A DNA stretch of 62,530 nt from a virus. Lineage: Duplodnaviria > Caudoviricetes. The notes below the pieces were generated by a model that worked only from the letters and a program-made list of their open reading frames with translations, did no database searches and was not told the DNA's origin. The stretch spans positions 1 to 62,530 of the IMG/VR virus record IMGVR_UViG_3300045971_000057. One strand, 5' to 3'. Shown here one piece after another: positions 18,160 through 27,917 of the stretch (positions within the stretch are counted from its first letter, which is position 1; each line of letters begins with the position of its first letter). The position numbers were made by a program, and so were the translations under genes.

Positions 18160-19681
18160 CTCCTGCGGTGGTGAGTTCCATGTTGTCGAATTTTTCTGGC
18201 TCAGGCAGACTCCAGGTGCGCAGCATCTTGCCTTTTATTCGCATCTGGTGGTCTGTTGCTCCAACATCCTTGAGCCATTGCCAAATCTCGTGGGTGTTGT
18301 GGTTGAATCGACGCACATTCAAATAATTAAACAGATCCTCACTGCGGAAGTAGATGCGGCCATTCTCTGTGTAGCTGTTGCCCTTGATCAGTTCATCTCG
18401 ATTGCGTGCTGGCCGACTGGCGCTGAAGAAGTTGTCGAGCAACTTTTCAAACTGGCCCTGCTTGGAGGCATCTTCTGGGTCAGTCACTTCATCACAAGTC
18501 AGCATCAACTCTTTGAGCCTGACCAACCAATCCTTGTGCTTGCCTGAGATGATGACCACCATGAACTTCTCAGCAAAGACTTTCTGAAGCTGGAAAGGAT
18601 TAAACAACTGGTCGGTGGTCAACTCCAGGCGGCATCCCTGGTGCTCCGCATACCAACGCACTGAGTCTTTGCTGGAGCATCGGGTCAGGTTCTCAATCGG
18701 GAACAACTCACCAGCAGAACTACCAAAGGTGATTCCGAACTCACGCTTGGCGCATGCTTTCTTGTCGCAATGGTTACAGAGTGGTGGATTCTTACATGTG
18801 TAGAAGTATTCCTTGCGTGAGATGTTCTTGAGAATCTGCGACACCTCAGCATGATCGAGCGATGGGCTGACTTTGTCGAAGTTGAACTTCATCACATCAT
18901 CTTGCCAGCTGTCTGGATTTTTCTTCTTGTAGTAGATGGCCACATTCGTCAGGCTGATGTTACGGCCACCCTGGTCAAGTCCATGAGTTGCTAGATGCTG
19001 GAGGCAAGGAGGTCCATCTGCAAAGTCACTTCCCATCGCAATGGCCACGCCCACTAGTGCTCGCTCAGTGATGCGCATCATCTCCGCATACTTCACAAAC
19101 TCAGCCAACTCCATGATTGGCTTCCCATTCCTGATACAGAAGCGATTGGTGGGCTCAACTCCGGTTACACCATAGTAGCAGATGTTGATCCAGTTGCCTC
19201 GGTCATTCTCGTTGACTCGTGTTATCTGCTTTGGAAAAACTTCTGTGCCGCCATAACCCAATGCCGCAGCAAACTCACCAAGTTTCTTCTGGAGGATCTG
19301 AGCCGCAACCGGAGGATCGCAGAACAAATACAAATGCGCGCCACCTGACTTGCTGCGACAAACCACAAGAGGTAATTCCATTTTGCGGATGCGGGATTCC
19401 AATACATCGAGCTGTTCTCGCAGCACGACTTCACCCTGAATGTCGATGTCAATAGCACCCCACGAACACCTGTTGTTCTCAAGCAGAGGTATGACGCCAA
19501 GAGATGGGCCCGCACCAGAAAGGTGCGCTTTGTATTCGGCCATACTCGCACCATATCCAAGCGTCTTGGCTTTGCCCTTGATCTTTCCATTCTCATCCGC
19601 CTCACCAAACAGCTCATGCTGGCCATGTGCTTTCTCATACCCAGCAAATAGGTCGCAGAACCTCTTGATTGAATCTTCCAT
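18143..19681 (-). CDS. Archaeo-eukaryotic-type primase / replication protein with PriCT-like region
   Basis: WGAIDID, RSKSGGAHLYLF, EVFPKQ, GPPCL, GGRN, Cys cluster. Confidence 0.8.
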   Translation of the reverse strand: MEDSIKRFCDLFAGYEKAHGQHELFGEADENGKIKGKAKTLGYGASMAEYKAHLSGAGPSLGVIPLLENNRCSWGAIDIDIQGEVVLREQLDVLESRIRKMELPLVVCRSKSGGAHLYLFCDPPVAAQILQKKLGEFAAALGYGGTEVFPKQITRVNENDRGNWINICYYGVTGVEPTNRFCIRNGKPIMELAEFVKYAEMMRITERALVGVAIAMGSDFADGPPCLQHLATHGLDQGGRNISLTNVAIYYKKKNPDSWQDDVMKFNFDKVSPSLDHAEVSQILKNISRKEYFYTCKNPPLCNHCDKKACAKREFGITFGSSAGELFPIENLTRCSSKDSVRWYAEHQGCRLELTTDQLFNPFQLQKVFAEKFMVVIISGKHKDWLVRLKELMLTCDEVTDPEDASKQGQFEKLLDNFFSASRPARNRDELIKGNSYTENGRIYFRSEDLFNYLNVRRFNHNTHEIWQWLKDVGATDHQMRIKGKMLRTWSLPEPEKFDNMELTTAGVESEL

Positions 19682-19704
19682 CTCATCCCCACAGGTTACG
19701 AATC

Positions 19705-19742
19705 AAAATAAAGCCAGGAGTGATGCGCATCACTCCTGGCTT
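19705..19742 (-). terminator. Rho-independent terminator
   Basis: 32-bp palindrome AAGCCAGGAGTGATGCGCATCACTCCTGGCTT followed by a U-rich tail on the minus strand. Confidence 0.75.
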
Positions 19743-19755
19743 CCTCTGTGGGGGA

Positions 19756-20637
19756 TCAGAGGCTGTCGTCATCCGAGGAACCAGCACCAGTGGCGCCAGC
19801 AGGTTCATCCGAGTGAGCAGCAACCTTCACTTCGCCAGCATTGATCATGCTGCGGAATTTGCGAGCAGAAAGGTAGATGGACTCACCGCCAGGAATGGAG
19901 AGAGTCTCCACACTGGGCTTGATGTTCCATCCAAACCAGTTGCCCTGGTCATTGCTCTCAGGGATGGTGTTGAGCTTGTAGCTGCGATAGAACATCGCAG
20001 GGTTGAAGAATCCCTTGCCGTCAGGAGTGGCCACCTGAAGCTGGCTGATCATCGTGTTCCACTTGCGTGCCTTCTTGAGTTGGCTCTTGCTCATGGAGAT
20101 GGCCACCTGCTTGGCGGTGCCCGTAGCAGGATCAACAACCAGGCAGAGGTATTCAGCAGTGGTGACGATCACAGTGCCGCGTGGGGTGATCATCGCACCC
20201 TTGTCATCCTTGGAGCAGTCAGCAAGGCAGGAGTCATCCAGACCGTGGTCAGCAACGAACCCACCGCCATTGGCCCTGGTGTTCCACTCGATGTTGGCAC
20301 GCCGATAGGACACAGGGATGACGGTGATGCCTTCCTCGCCATCATACATCTCAGTGGTGATGTTGTCGAAGATGTGGCCAGCCTCAGCACCCTCAATGTA
20401 GGTGGCCTCACGCTTGGCGCACTGCGGGGAGAGAGACTGGAGGATGGACAGGCGTGGAATTGCGAAGTCTTCACGAGACATCGTCTCCTGGCCAGCACCA
20501 GCATCATCCATCAGATTGATGGAGGTAGTGGCGACACCTGCGGGCTGAGGCGTGGCCAGTTCCTGCTTCACTTCAGCAGGAGGTGCGACTGGAGGAACTG
20601 CGGGCACTTCAACTTTCTTGCGGTCGAGCAAGCCCAT
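19756..20637 (-). CDS. Putative ssDNA-binding/annealing protein
   Basis: FAIPRLSILQSLSPQ, aromatic-rich beta region, acidic C-tail SSDDDSL, replication context; start 20637 with GGAG RBS. Confidence 0.55.
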   Translation of the reverse strand: MGLLDRKKVEVPAVPPVAPPAEVKQELATPQPAGVATTSINLMDDAGAGQETMSREDFAIPRLSILQSLSPQCAKREATYIEGAEAGHIFDNITTEMYDGEEGITVIPVSYRRANIEWNTRANGGGFVADHGLDDSCLADCSKDDKGAMITPRGTVIVTTAEYLCLVVDPATGTAKQVAISMSKSQLKKARKWNTMISQLQVATPDGKGFFNPAMFYRSYKLNTIPESNDQGNWFGWNIKPSVETLSIPGGESIYLSARKFRSMINAGEVKVAAHSDEPAGATGAGSSDDDSL

Positions 20638-20674
20638 GGGAGGCTCCTGTGTAGTTGGGGTTGTGAATTGGCTC

Positions 20675-20887
20675 TCAAGAGCCTGGTTGGACTGAGACTT
20701 GTTTGATGGTCTTGATGTCGTCAACGATGAGGATTGGACTGATGACCTCAATAACTGCTTCCACCAGATCTGTGCCTGCTTCGATATTGATAATGATGCG
20801 CTTGACATTTTTCAACTCCACCTTTGTATCTTTGTCGATCACCTTGGTGCCTCTTGTGGTGCCGTCAGAGATTATGCACAGGACCAT
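20675..20887 (-). CDS. Hypothetical protein
   Basis: Coupled ORF. Confidence 0.55.
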   Translation of the reverse strand: MVLCIISDGTTRGTKVIDKDTKVELKNVKRIIINIEAGTDLVEAVIEVISPILIVDDIKTIKQVSVQPGS

Positions 20888-21492
20888 TACTTGGCCTGCT
20901 TGATCACAGCCTTGTGGCCGCTGAAAATCGCAAAGGTGTCGAAAGGAATATCAATGCCCTTGGTCAAGCACTCTTTGATGTAGGCATTCAGTGTGGACCA
21001 ATGGACAGATTCCTCACACTTGGCCTTCAGCCCAGCAGAGAGAACATCCGCCAGCATCTTCTTGGCCACTTCATTCTGGCCCTTGCCGAACTCAACCGTC
21101 AGCTGGTTCTTGATCAGTGTCCCAGAGTTGTTCGCACGCAGCCAGGCAAACGCAGCCTCACGACGATTGATCATCTCAGACTTGCTTTCCTCATCAGCCT
21201 TCTCAAGCGCACTGATGGAAGGAATGTTGCCTCGGATGTAAGGAGCAGCCTCGATGATCTCGCCACTGGTCAGCGTGAACTTCTTCAGGCCGGCAGCCAT
21301 CATGGCTTCAGGAATTGTGATCAATTCCAGTTCCTCGTGCTCCAGCTTGGCCAGCTGAAGAGCATCTTCCAGCTTCTTGATGTTAGCAGCAGACGCTACC
21401 AACTTCGCAGCCAACTCAGTGATCTGCTTGAGATCACCCACTGGGACGCCAACATCCTCTTGGGGATTGATTGGTGCTGCTTGCTTTGCCAT
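20887..21492 (-). CDS. Replication-module protein (coiled-coil N-terminus)
   Basis: IPEAMMAAGL, AFAWLRAN, VHWSTLNAYIKE; AGGAG RBS. Confidence 0.7.
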   Translation of the reverse strand: MAKQAAPINPQEDVGVPVGDLKQITELAAKLVASAANIKKLEDALQLAKLEHEELELITIPEAMMAAGLKKFTLTSGEIIEAAPYIRGNIPSISALEKADEESKSEMINRREAAFAWLRANNSGTLIKNQLTVEFGKGQNEVAKKMLADVLSAGLKAKCEESVHWSTLNAYIKECLTKGIDIPFDTFAIFSGHKAVIKQAK

Positions 21493-21509
21493 GCGATGAC
21501 TCCTGTGTG

Positions 21510-21869
21510 TTAAAAAAGATTGAAGGTGAGGGGTGTGTAGAATCCCTCAGTGGTGGAACGGATGCCATCCTTAATGCTGCGCTCCCAATAGAGCACACGC
21601 ACTTTGCTAGCAATGCGAGAGATTGCTAGCATCACTGCCCAAGTTGCGGCAGGATCGCCTGCGGATGGCCACAGGAGATAATCTTCATTGGGATCAAAAT
21701 CTTTCAGAGTCTCAGTTGCGTGCTCAAAGGCTCCATCAGGATCGGTGTATGGACGATCACCACCACCAAAGACAAAATGGATTGCGCCATAGCGCAAGGC
21801 TGGCTCAAGGTTTGGTGTCCAGTTGCTCTTGTTAGGTGTTGGCTGCTGAGTAATAAATACACGACCCAT
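21510..21869 (-). CDS. Hypothetical phage protein
   Basis: First gene after promoter motif; DYLLWPSAGDP. Confidence 0.7.
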   Translation of the reverse strand: MGRVFITQQPTPNKSNWTPNLEPALRYGAIHFVFGGGDRPYTDPDGAFEHATETLKDFDPNEDYLLWPSAGDPAATWAVMLAISRIASKVRVLYWERSIKDGIRSTTEGFYTPLTFNLF

Positions 21870-21886
21870 TTTGCTTCCTTTCTTGA

Positions 21887-21906
21887 ACTTTTATTGTAGC
21901 CTGTTT
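21887..21906 (-). promoter_or_regulatory. Putative phage promoter AAACAGGCTACAATAAAAGT
   Basis: Repeat of the 14978-14997 motif. Confidence 0.6.
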
Positions 21907-21941
21907 TTGTCGTCATCTGCCAATTGCGATGATGCGATGGA

Positions 21942-22286
21942 TTAACTCACCCACCCACAAAGACCACACATCATCGCATCCTTCTGGCCTGTTCTCTGAA
22001 TGCTCGTCATCATTGATGCTCCATGACTGGGGCAAACAACTTGATCCTTATTCCCTTGCGTTGAGAGAAAAGATAGCAGCTCAACTTCCTCAGGCAGCAC
22101 ATGAACATGCTCAAATGAGATGGCAAGATCCTCTGGTATGCGACCCATCATACGCATCATCAGTTCATCAGATGCCTTGCTGTAAATATCGCGCCACAGT
22201 TGGGTGTTCTCCGGTTCCTGCTCCAACCGGAGTTTCATCTCACGAACTCCAGGCGACAGCTTCTCAATCAACTCTGGCCAGATCAT
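21942..22286 (-). CDS. Hypothetical protein, C-terminal Cys/His cluster
   Basis: CPSH...CGLC. Confidence 0.55.
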   Translation of the reverse strand: MIWPELIEKLSPGVREMKLRLEQEPENTQLWRDIYSKASDELMMRMMGRIPEDLAISFEHVHVLPEEVELLSFLSTQGNKDQVVCPSHGASMMTSIQRTGQKDAMMCGLCGWVS

Positions 22287-22600
22287 TCCTCATCCTTATT
22301 CAGAAGGCCAGCAGCCTCAAGCCTCTGGTGCTCGGCATACGCTGCCTTGATTCCGTCATGGAGCATGGGGTCACCATCCACCCACTCAGTCACATACCCA
22401 TTGGGGTAGTGCTTCTTGTATTCCTCATGCTTCCAATCAGAGGTTGCTCCAATGTCGTGCTTGGCCCAGTCCTCATTGCTGGAGTTGTGGCCTGTGATGA
22501 AGTGGCCATCCTGAGACAGCGCAGCAGTCTGGACAAACCTTGTCCCTCCACCACCGTTGATGAAAAGAAAAATCTTGGGGAGTGTCATTTCGTCACTCAT
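22283..22600 (-). CDS. Hypothetical protein
   Basis: Coupled ORF. Confidence 0.6.
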   Translation of the reverse strand: MSDEMTLPKIFLFINGGGGTRFVQTAALSQDGHFITGHNSSNEDWAKHDIGATSDWKHEEYKKHYPNGYVTEWVDGDPMLHDGIKAAYAEHQRLEAAGLLNKDEE

Positions 22601-22601
22601 T

Positions 22602-23003
22602 TCAGAACCTCACCTTCAAGCCAATTTGGCGGTTGTGGTTTACCATCACCAACTGGATGGCCAGTGTCCCTGTTAAGAATCTCATTCGCCACTTGTGGGA
22701 CATCATGCGGAGAATGATTGGTTGTAGGATCAATGCGCTGATGAAGTATCTGTTCACAGAGGCAAGCGATGGAAATCTGCCCAGCAATGGATTCGTCTCT
22801 GTGTTGTCTTTACAAAGCTTGGTGACTTCCCACCCAGTATCATAGGTGCGCACCACCTTGATGTCCTGCTTGGCCAGATCACGAGTCTGCCCCCAGTCAA
22901 TGATGAGGGATGCGATGACTGCTGCTTCTAATCCAATCTCAGTTGGAGTCATCACCTCATACTGAGCTGGAGGCAGAGCATCAATCATCGAGTGCTCCAC
23001 CAT
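22602..23003 (-). CDS. Putative membrane protein (ExNP motif)
   Basis: Hydrophobic segments, DWGQT...ETNPLLG. Confidence 0.55.
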   Translation of the reverse strand: MVEHSMIDALPPAQYEVMTPTEIGLEAAVIASLIIDWGQTRDLAKQDIKVVRTYDTGWEVTKLCKDNTETNPLLGRFPSLASVNRYFISALILQPIILRMMSHKWRMRFLTGTLAIQLVMVNHNRQIGLKVRF

Positions 23004-23469
23004 TCAGGAACTTGGTCAGCTTACAAGCTTCACAATCTCCCAGCCGATCTGACTGGGTGTGTGTGAGTGTGAATGATCCTTCAGTGAGGAAGTGTCCATC
23101 TGCCTCGATGGGTTCTGCTTTCTTGAATTGGAAATTTGCTGACTTGGCGATGCGGGAAAGTTCCTCAAGCTTGCGCATGGCTGCCCACTTCTCGCTGCGA
23201 GAATTTTCAGCAAGCTCACGGCTGTTCTGTTCGCGTGCCACTAGTTCTGCCTGCGTTGTAGCTTCAAATCCTTCTAGCAACCCTTTGCGGAGGTCTGCAA
23301 GGGTGCGATCAATTGGACACGATCCTTGTGTGGTGTAGCCTTCCACAAACAAAGCAGTGAGCGATTCAAGGAAGTCAACATCACACAGCAACTCATCAAT
23401 CAGTTCCTTGCGCACCTCAGTGTCACGCAGAAGATCCTTGATGCTCATCTGAACAGTGATCATGGTCAC
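22981..23469 (-). CDS. Hypothetical protein
   Basis: Coupled ORF. Confidence 0.55.
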   Translation of the reverse strand: MTMITVQMSIKDLLRDTEVRKELIDELLCDVDFLESLTALFVEGYTTQGSCPIDRTLADLRKGLLEGFEATTQAELVAREQNSRELAENSRSEKWAAMRKLEELSRIAKSANFQFKKAEPIEADGHFLTEGSFTLTHTQSDRLGDCEACKLTKFLNGGALDD

Positions 23470-23672
23470 AGCAACTCCCCACGCTCAACAAGTTCTTGGA
23501 GACTCTTGTTCCACTCGCGCTCCAGTTCATCAGCAAAGAGCATTGCGTGTAGGTGGATGAACTCTCGCATCCTGCCCGCACCCATCTTGTGCTCAACATC
23601 CTCAGCAGGCAACTCCAATCGACTGGGATTGAAGGTGAAGATGATGGTCTTGGAAACTTTGGCGATTGCCAC
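23466..23672 (-). CDS. Hypothetical protein
   Basis: AGGAG RBS, GTG start. Confidence 0.55.
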   Translation of the reverse strand: MAIAKVSKTIIFTFNPSRLELPAEDVEHKMGAGRMREFIHLHAMLFADELEREWNKSLQELVERGELL

Positions 23673-23680
23673 TTGTGCTC

Positions 23681-23971
23681 CTAAAATGGAATTTCAGAAT
23701 GGGGTGAGAGGGCACTCATCATCCGATCTGCGTTAGCAATCAGATGCTTGGCGACATCATGCCCATCGATGCCGTTGTAGAATACTTCATCAATGATCTT
23801 CCAGACAGCTTGGTATTTGGCATCCTCAAATGCTGCTTTCTTCTTCAGCAGCAAGTCCAGCAGCATCTGATCCTGCGGGCTGAATGGAGCAACCTCACAA
23901 CCTGGGCACATCGGCAATATCCTTCCTTTCTGAAGAAGATTTTTACAGGACTGGCAATACACAGCATCCAC
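23681..23971 (-). CDS. Zinc-ribbon protein
   Basis: CQSC...CPGC. Confidence 0.5.
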   Translation of the reverse strand: MDAVYCQSCKNLLQKGRILPMCPGCEVAPFSPQDQMLLDLLLKKKAAFEDAKYQAVWKIIDEVFYNGIDGHDVAKHLIANADRMMSALSPHSEIPF

Positions 23972-24237
23972 TAGTCACCAACCAATTTGAAGACAACCTT
24001 GGCTTTTGCTAGGCAAATATCGTCTTGCTTGTAGCTGTTGTTGTGGATTGGATTGCTGTCCCACTTGACCATGTAGCACCTCCCAAAATTGTCTGGGTTC
24101 ATTTCTGGAGTGCGAATAGCGACAATGGTGCCGTGGCCACCTGCTCCCTGGCTCTTGTCTGGGCCATAAAAAATTTCAGCACTCTTGGTAAGCATCACAC
24201 GCTCACCAACCTTGAACTTGTAGTTGAGTTCCGTCAT
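23971..24237 (-). CDS. Small SH3/KOW-like beta protein
   Basis: KFKVGERV...GTIV...YMVKWD. Confidence 0.55.
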   Translation of the reverse strand: MTELNYKFKVGERVMLTKSAEIFYGPDKSQGAGGHGTIVAIRTPEMNPDNFGRCYMVKWDSNPIHNNSYKQDDICLAKAKVVFKLVGD

Positions 24238-24743
24238 GCTGCTCTCCCAGTTTGGCGCTTGAGTGCGCGCTTCTCATTATTGTATTTGTTCAGACACTTG
24301 ATACAATACTTTTTGCGCTTTCCAGTTGACTTGAAAAATCCATGGACGGCATCAGGATCACAGCATCTTGCGCAGATGCCCTGCTCTTTGAGAATCTTGA
24401 TTCGTGCGCACCGCACTTCATAGTCATTCTCTGCGCAATATGCGCAAATGGAAGTCCCAGGCATTGCCTCACGCTTGCCCTGGCAATGAACGCACAATCC
24501 CAAAGCCTTCCATGCCTCGATCTTCCGGTTGCGCCACGCATTGTAGTTGCCTGTCCCTTTCTTGTTACAATCAGCGCAGAGATTCAAACCAATGCGCTTG
24601 GGTCCAACCGGAGATTGGCAGCGATGGCACAGGCCTTTTGCTTTCAAAGCTGCTCTGCGTCTGCGCTGGGCCTTCCTTCTGCGCGCTTGCTTCTTGATCA
24701 GAGCAACCAGTGCTTTGTTGTTTGGATTCTTTGGGGCGGCCAC
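24234..24743 (-). CDS. Basic protein with tandem CxxC repeats
   Basis: GLCHRC, LCADC, GLCVHC, ICAYC, GICARC, YCIKC. Confidence 0.65.
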   Translation of the reverse strand: MAAPKNPNNKALVALIKKQARRRKAQRRRRAALKAKGLCHRCQSPVGPKRIGLNLCADCNKKGTGNYNAWRNRKIEAWKALGLCVHCQGKREAMPGTSICAYCAENDYEVRCARIKILKEQGICARCCDPDAVHGFFKSTGKRKKYCIKCLNKYNNEKRALKRQTGRAA

Positions 24744-24746
24744 CTG

Positions 24747-25028
24747 CTACCTCCAATCAAAATGACCAAACTTCTGGATCCACTCCAGACTGCGCCGATC
24801 TGATCTTGCCCATTCTTCAATGGGAGTGGGTTTGCGGTTGATACTCTTGTAGTGGGATTCCAAGACACGGTAGAAGGCTGAATACAATTCCAACCACATC
24901 ACCTCAGTGTCCTCGTGGTTTTGATTCTTCATGGCAACGCAGAGATGAGCAGCCTTGTTACAATCAAGGCTTCTGTCCCTGATGAATGGTGGGACTGGTG
25001 AGTAAAAATCTTCCAGTTGGTTGTGCAT
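24747..25028 (-). CDS. Hypothetical protein
   Basis: AGGAG RBS. Confidence 0.6.
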   Translation of the reverse strand: MHNQLEDFYSPVPPFIRDRSLDCNKAAHLCVAMKNQNHEDTEVMWLELYSAFYRVLESHYKSINRKPTPIEEWARSDRRSLEWIQKFGHFDWR

Positions 25029-25084
25029 CTTTGCTCCTGTGTGGTCCTGCTACTGCTAGTCTATCGTGTGTTGCTGATTGCTAA

Positions 25085-25444
25085 TCAATTGGGGAGTTGC
25101 GTTGGATATATGTCGGATGGGTCGATTGCTGGCTTGGCTGGAATCCCTGTTGCTGTATATGTGTATGGGATCTCAAGATGCTCCATCCAGTTGAAGTGCC
25201 CTTTCTTTTTCACCCACCTGACTGCGAGCATCTGGGCTGGAGTGATGATTGGCTTTTTGGATAGATCCCAATCAAGTGAAGTCTCCAACATCTTCCACAG
25301 ACGCTCAACCAACGGTGGGTGGTGCTCTTGGATAGTTGAATAGACTACCAGCTCAGCAAGTGCGATTGTCTTTGGCCTGAATGAGTGGAAGGCTGGTGGG
25401 AACTCTTCAAAGAACATCAGAGGACACCTTTCTGTTTGATCCAA
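25085..25444 (-). CDS. Hypothetical protein
   Basis: ORF in leftward arm. Confidence 0.5.
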   Translation of the reverse strand: MDQTERCPLMFFEEFPPAFHSFRPKTIALAELVVYSTIQEHHPPLVERLWKMLETSLDWDLSKKPIITPAQMLAVRWVKKKGHFNWMEHLEIPYTYTATGIPAKPAIDPSDIYPTQLPN

Positions 25445-25647
25445 GTCATCGCAGCAACTTCTTCATGGGTCATATCTTTGGATAAATTTTGGTCTTGCTT
25501 CCTGCTCTTGGTCAAGTGAGCCAGGAAGGATGAAAAAAGATTCTCCCAGTTTGGGGTGCGCCCACCATCCCGGTGAACAATACACTCCATAGCAAGAGAG
25601 TGGCAACGCTCATACGCAGCAATGGCTGGTGGGATTTCAGAAAACAC
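25417..25647 (-). CDS. Hypothetical protein, first leftward gene from the divergence region
   Basis: GAGGTG RBS. Confidence 0.5.
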   Translation of the reverse strand: MFSEIPPAIAAYERCHSLAMECIVHRDGGRTPNWENLFSSFLAHLTKSRKQDQNLSKDMTHEEVAAMTWIKQKGVL

Positions 25648-25649
25648 AG

Positions 25650-26270
25650 CTCACCTCAAAAGAAATGATACCTTGTGCTCTGTTACTCGACAATGATTGC
25701 GTTGTTGCGATGGTGAAGCCTTGTCAAGAAAGGGAATTGCTTGAACAGGAAGCGGCAGAAGCGGAAGTAACAGGGTAGTCACACCAAAAGTTGTTTCTGC
25801 CTTTTCCTGAGTTTTTGGAAGCCTATATAGAGTGTGGCACATGGTTGAGGTGCAACTTAAAATAGACCGCCCAACATACGCTTCTGCCGCTTCTGAGATG
25901 TAAGAGTAATTATTACAATTGTGAAATGGAAGCGGATCAGGAAGCGTGACGAAAGGCAGACGCTTCGATATGTTTAAACTGGAGTGTAATGACCGGAGAT
26001 TACATCTGTTAATTCAATGGTTTATGAATGATTCTATCCTCCGTGTGTTTTGAAATGGGAGCGATGCCATATTTGAAAAATGGTTTCTCTATATAGCCTG
26101 TGGTGTTGGGCTTGGGATGACTTGATTTGTTTGTCCAGAAGTCTGGTGGCCTTGGAGCAATGCGTTGGCGGATGGATTCTCCGGTTTCAATAGGTGGTGG
26201 AAGTCATTGCAGCTGCCGGCTGGCCGTAGAATGAGAAGATACTAGGATGGACAGTATTGTTCTTAACAAG
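25650..26270. promoter_or_regulatory. Divergent non-coding control region with repeats (candidate origin or packaging site)
   Basis: Strand switch; 15-bp inverted repeat at 25749-25763 and 25879-25893; multiple GAAGCG units. Confidence 0.55.
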
Positions 26271-26275
26271 GAGCA

Positions 26276-26836
26276 GTGACGATTATGCGATCAAGCAAAC
26301 AGCCACTCCAGACCAAAGCAGAGATTGCTGCGATCAGGGCAGAAGAAAAGAGTCCAAAGAACTTAACAGAGCTGCGTGAAGCTGAAGTGTCCATCATCAG
26401 AGAGAAAATGAATTTGATCATCGCCAAGAAAAATATGGCGTTGCCCTCTACACAGGCGCAGCTACAGCGTCTGCAGCTGAGGATGGACAAACTGCTCTCG
26501 TGGCTTGCCCTTGGCGGCCGTGCTTCGCCCATGGTTGGTAGTGGCCGGCCAGTAGGTGTGCCCAATCGAGTCACAGCAAACTTCCGTGATGAGTATCTCC
26601 GGTCAGGCAAAAAGACTCCAATTGAGTTCTTGCTTGATGTGATGAATGATGAGCCACGAATCAAGAAGGCTGAAGAAAATGAGGGTGCCTATGAGCACTA
26701 TGTATGGACACACAAAGATCGGTCCATTGCGGCAGCCATCCAGGTGGCCCCATACATCCATCCTAAGTTAAGCTCAGTAGAGGTTGGCGGCCATATCGGA
26801 GTCAGCCATGAAGATGCCCTTTCTGAACTTGAATAA
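26276..26836 (+). CDS. Probable terminase small subunit
   Basis: GSGRPVGVPNRVT, TPIEFLLDVMND, AAIQVAPYIHPKL; first rightward gene. Confidence 0.65.
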   Translation: MTIMRSSKQPLQTKAEIAAIRAEEKSPKNLTELREAEVSIIREKMNLIIAKKNMALPSTQAQLQRLQLRMDKLLSWLALGGRASPMVGSGRPVGVPNRVTANFRDEYLRSGKKTPIEFLLDVMNDEPRIKKAEENEGAYEHYVWTHKDRSIAAAIQVAPYIHPKLSSVEVGGHIGVSHEDALSELE

Positions 26837-26859
26837 ACAACCAACCCAAGGAGGATGCT

Positions 26860-27276
26860 ATGACGCTTGTCTATCCCAATGCTGGTGAAGTTCTGATGCT
26901 TGAGAATGCTCTCAAGAACACCACGCCTGAGGCTCTGATGCTCAAGGCATACTCCAACAACTATGACCCTATTGCTGGATCAATTGCCTCCAACTTCACT
27001 GAGTGCTCAGGCGCAGGCTATGCGGCCAAGTCTCTGACTCGTGCTGGTTGGAGTGCTGGTGTTGGCGGCACACCTTCCTCGATTACCTATGGAACGCCAC
27101 AGGTCTGGGCGTGGACAGGTGCCATCACGGTGGTTGGCTACTTTGTCGTGGGTGCTGTCTCTGGAACCATCTACTGGGCTGAGCGTCTGTATGCTGGCGC
27201 TGGTCAGGCCTTCGCAAACCTCGACAGTCTGACTGTTACTCCCAAGACCACGTTTGGTTCTGGACTCTCTGACTAA
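26860..27276 (+). CDS. Probable virion structural protein
   Basis: AGGAGG RBS; beta-rich, Gly/Ala/Thr-rich. Confidence 0.6.
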   Translation: MTLVYPNAGEVLMLENALKNTTPEALMLKAYSNNYDPIAGSIASNFTECSGAGYAAKSLTRAGWSAGVGGTPSSITYGTPQVWAWTGAITVVGYFVVGAVSGTIYWAERLYAGAGQAFANLDSLTVTPKTTFGSGLSD

Positions 27277-27300
27277 TCTCTCTGCCTGGTGAGGTGATCT

Positions 27301-27645
27301 ATGGTGCCTGAAGCTTCAGGACCACAGGAGTTCTGCCGCAGAAAGACTGATGCGATCTGCCGCCAAGATGACAAGATCAAATATCACGAACGCATGCTTC
27401 GCTCATATCACATGAGCAGGCATGCGATTGCTGAGTATCTTGTAATCAGCGCAGCCATCTGTATTCTGTTTGCTGAATACTATCAATACAGGGCGATGAA
27501 GCAGATTGCCACATCCGCGGCCAACATGGAAATTCTTGTGGCCAACCAGACTATGGTGCTGCGCAATCAGCAGCAGGCTTCCGCAAATCAGGAAGTCATC
27601 ATTCGCAATCAGCTGGACTTCAAAAAGAAGATGGACATCAAGTGA
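27301..27645 (+). CDS. Single-TM coiled-coil protein
   Basis: Hydrophobic helix, then NQ repeats. Confidence 0.55.
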   Translation: MVPEASGPQEFCRRKTDAICRQDDKIKYHERMLRSYHMSRHAIAEYLVISAAICILFAEYYQYRAMKQIATSAANMEILVANQTMVLRNQQQASANQEVIIRNQLDFKKKMDIK

Positions 27646-27917
27646 CGGCTGAACTTTCAAATCCTGCCACTGCTGGCCTGATTGCTGGCGTTGTTCTGTG
27701 GGCAGCTCAATTGATCTGGAACAAGGTCATGGGTGGCCCAACTGAACGCTCGATTCCGGTTCAGCTTTTGGATATCAGCTCACGACTGACTGAGATCAGC
27801 AGCAAGCTTGAGATTGCCATCAACAACTATCAGCATTTGGAAAAAGAGTTTGCTGAACTTAAGAAAGATTTTTGGGACCACATGAAAGACTTTCACTCAC
27901 ACCAAGGAGGTTCCTGA
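27642..27917 (+). CDS. Single-TM coiled-coil protein
   Basis: N-terminal TM, C-terminal heptads. Confidence 0.55.
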   Translation: MTAELSNPATAGLIAGVVLWAAQLIWNKVMGGPTERSIPVQLLDISSRLTEISSKLEIAINNYQHLEKEFAELKKDFWDHMKDFHSHQGGS

